A stretch of DNA of 17,220 nt from IMG/VR virus record IMGVR_UViG_2609460354_000003. One strand, given 5' to 3'. The position numbers and the translations under genes were made by a program. Shown piece by piece: positions 16,142 to 17,220 of this stretch (the stretch's first letter is position 1; every line of letters begins with the position of its first letter). The stretch is from a virus. Lineage: Duplodnaviria > Heunggongvirae > Uroviricota > Caudoviricetes. A model generated the notes under the pieces. That model did not search any database. It worked only from the letters and a program-made list of their open reading frames with translations, and was not told where the DNA came from.

Positions 16142-16458
16142 TAATCATGATTAAGGAGTAATTTTAAATCTTCCAATAAAATTTGTTTAAACTCTTGTGT
16201 TCTATGATCGATATACAACGCAAGTTTGCTTGCATTATCTTCCAGGTCACGTATCTCTCTGTCACCTCGAATAAACCCAACTAAATTTAAACGTTTAGAT
16301 AGTTCAGAACTTCCTTCTATGGCATCTTGGAGTATTTGAATGATTTCTGAATTCATTGAGCGCCCGTTTCGTTTGGCTCGTTCAGCTATAGCTTCACGCA
16401 TCCCATCAGGGAAACGGAGGTTAAACTTATCGTAGTCTTTTACTTGTTTGTCAGCCAT
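16141..16458 (-). CDS. mnt: Mnt-like ribbon-helix-helix repressor (Arc/MetJ superfamily)
   Basis: From ATG 16458: MADKQVKDYDKFNLRFPDGMREAIAERAKRNGRSMNSEIIQILQDAI... The core FNLRFP...NGRSMNSEIIQILQDAI closely parallels P22 Mnt as recalled, with a C-terminal extension as in Mnt. Confidence 0.72.
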   Translation of the reverse strand: MADKQVKDYDKFNLRFPDGMREAIAERAKRNGRSMNSEIIQILQDAIEGSSELSKRLNLVGFIRGDREIRDLEDNASKLALYIDHRTQEFKQILLEDLKLLLNHD

Positions 16459-16557
16459 TGGAACCCCCAAAAAAATGAATGGTGCCATATTGCCACATCA
16501 ATTCAATGGTGGCATTATGGCCTCATGGTGTCATTGTGGCCTCATGAGGTTATGTCA
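16459..16557. promoter_or_regulatory. Divergent promoter/operator region between Mnt-like and Arc-like genes
   Basis: Inverted repeat TGCCACAT...ATGGTGGCA (about 16491-16515), direct repeats ATTATGGCCTCATGG / ATTGTGGCCTCATGA, and the 10-bp palindrome CCTCATGAGG. Confidence 0.5.
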
Positions 16558-16716
16558 ATGGAAAAGAAAGAGGTAAAAATTACCCTTCGCTATCCGCAAA
16601 AAGTGAAGGATGAATTCAAGCGAATTGCTCAGGAGGAAGGGATGTCTGAGAACGCAGCTATTGTTCAGGCGCTTGTATGGGCATTGAAATTTAGAGCACG
16701 GATACATGCTCGCTAG
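16558..16716 (+). CDS. arc: Arc-like ribbon-helix-helix repressor (52 aa)
   Basis: ATG 16558 with GAGG SD 8 nt upstream. MEKKEVKITLRYPQKVKDEFKRIAQEEGMSENAAIVQALVWAL fits the RHH beta-strand/two-helix pattern. Immediately precedes the antirepressor gene. Confidence 0.65.
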   Translation: MEKKEVKITLRYPQKVKDEFKRIAQEEGMSENAAIVQALVWALKFRARIHAR

Positions 16717-16786
16717 AAACAGCGAAGCCCCACTGGCGGCAACCTTAGGGGCTTCTATCGAAAATAACCGCGAAGGAAATATCGAC

Positions 16787-17220
16787 ATGAGTATTGTAGC
16801 AACATCAGATCTGAACTTCCAAGGTGAAGCACTAGTGCCAGTGGCAAATATTGCCGGAATATGGCTAACTTCATCCAACCTAGCAAGAGCACTGAAGTAT
16901 TCGAATAGTCGCGCAGTCACGATGATTTACAACAAATATGCTGACGAATTTTCCAGTAGTATGACTAGAGTGCTTGAAGTCAGTACCTCAGAGAATGATG
17001 TCGAGGTACTTGATCTGAGTACCTCGAAAAGTACTCGAAACTTGAAGAAGAAAGTACGCGTTTTCTCTCTCCGCGGAGCCCATTTGATCGCCATGTTCGC
17101 CCGCACTCCTGTAGCCAAAGAGTTCCGCCGTTGGGTTCTGGATATTCTCGATCGAGAAGTTCAACAATCCCCAATCATAAAACAATTCACTGATAACGAA
17201 CTTTGCACACTTGCTTGGTT
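16787..17220 (+). CDS. ant: Antirepressor (Bro-N/AntA-family N-terminal domain), 5' part; continues past window end
   Basis: Hand translation from ATG 16787 (AAGGA SD 9 nt upstream): MSIVATSDLNFQGEALVPVANIAGIWLTSSNLARALKYSNSR...RVFSLRGAHLIAMFARTPVAKEFRRWVLDILDREVQQ. No stop before 17220. Absent from the ORF track because it is open-ended. Confidence 0.7.
   Translation, partial: MSIVATSDLNFQGEALVPVANIAGIWLTSSNLARALKYSNSRAVTMIYNKYADEFSSSMTRVLEVSTSENDVEVLDLSTSKSTRNLKKKVRVFSLRGAHLIAMFARTPVAKEFRRWVLDILDREVQQSPIIKQFTDNELCTLAW

Noticed and set aside
16555-17185. Minus-strand ORFs 16555..16920, 16927..17118, 16980..17174, 16988..17185
   Set aside because: Antisense to the Arc-like gene and the Bro-N antirepressor frame, which has clear family motifs; translations are low-complexity.

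Overview
Mosaic lambdoid prophage segment (E. coli-type), read by eye with no database searches. Left end (1-2643, minus strand): truncated Q-like antiterminator, RusA resolvase, DUF968/HNH-like protein, small Rem-like ORF and a Hok-family type I toxin. An AT-rich gap (2650-3310) holds a small membrane-protein ORF. 3311-10136 (minus strand) is an early-left operon of many short, translationally coupled genes (Ead/Ea22-like, TraR-like zinc finger, Dam-like N6-adenine methyltransferase) ending in lambda-like exo-bet-gam. 10212-12860 is the immunity region: an N-position ORF, OL/PL, a terminator, an AT-rich 283-aa gene of unknown function just downstream of cI (rex-like position), CI-type repressor, and OR/PRM/PR. 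12861-15662 (plus strand) is cro-like, CII/YdaT-like, O with embedded iterons, P and ren. The right end (15663-17220) is a P22 immI-like module (Mnt-like repressor coupled to an unknown gene, divergent Arc-like gene, Bro-N/Ant antirepressor running off the window). No integrase, tRNA or CRISPR array was seen. Best candidates for undescribed biology: the cI-adjacent 283-aa locus, the gene coupled to the Mnt-like repressor, and the small membrane ORF in the AT-rich island.
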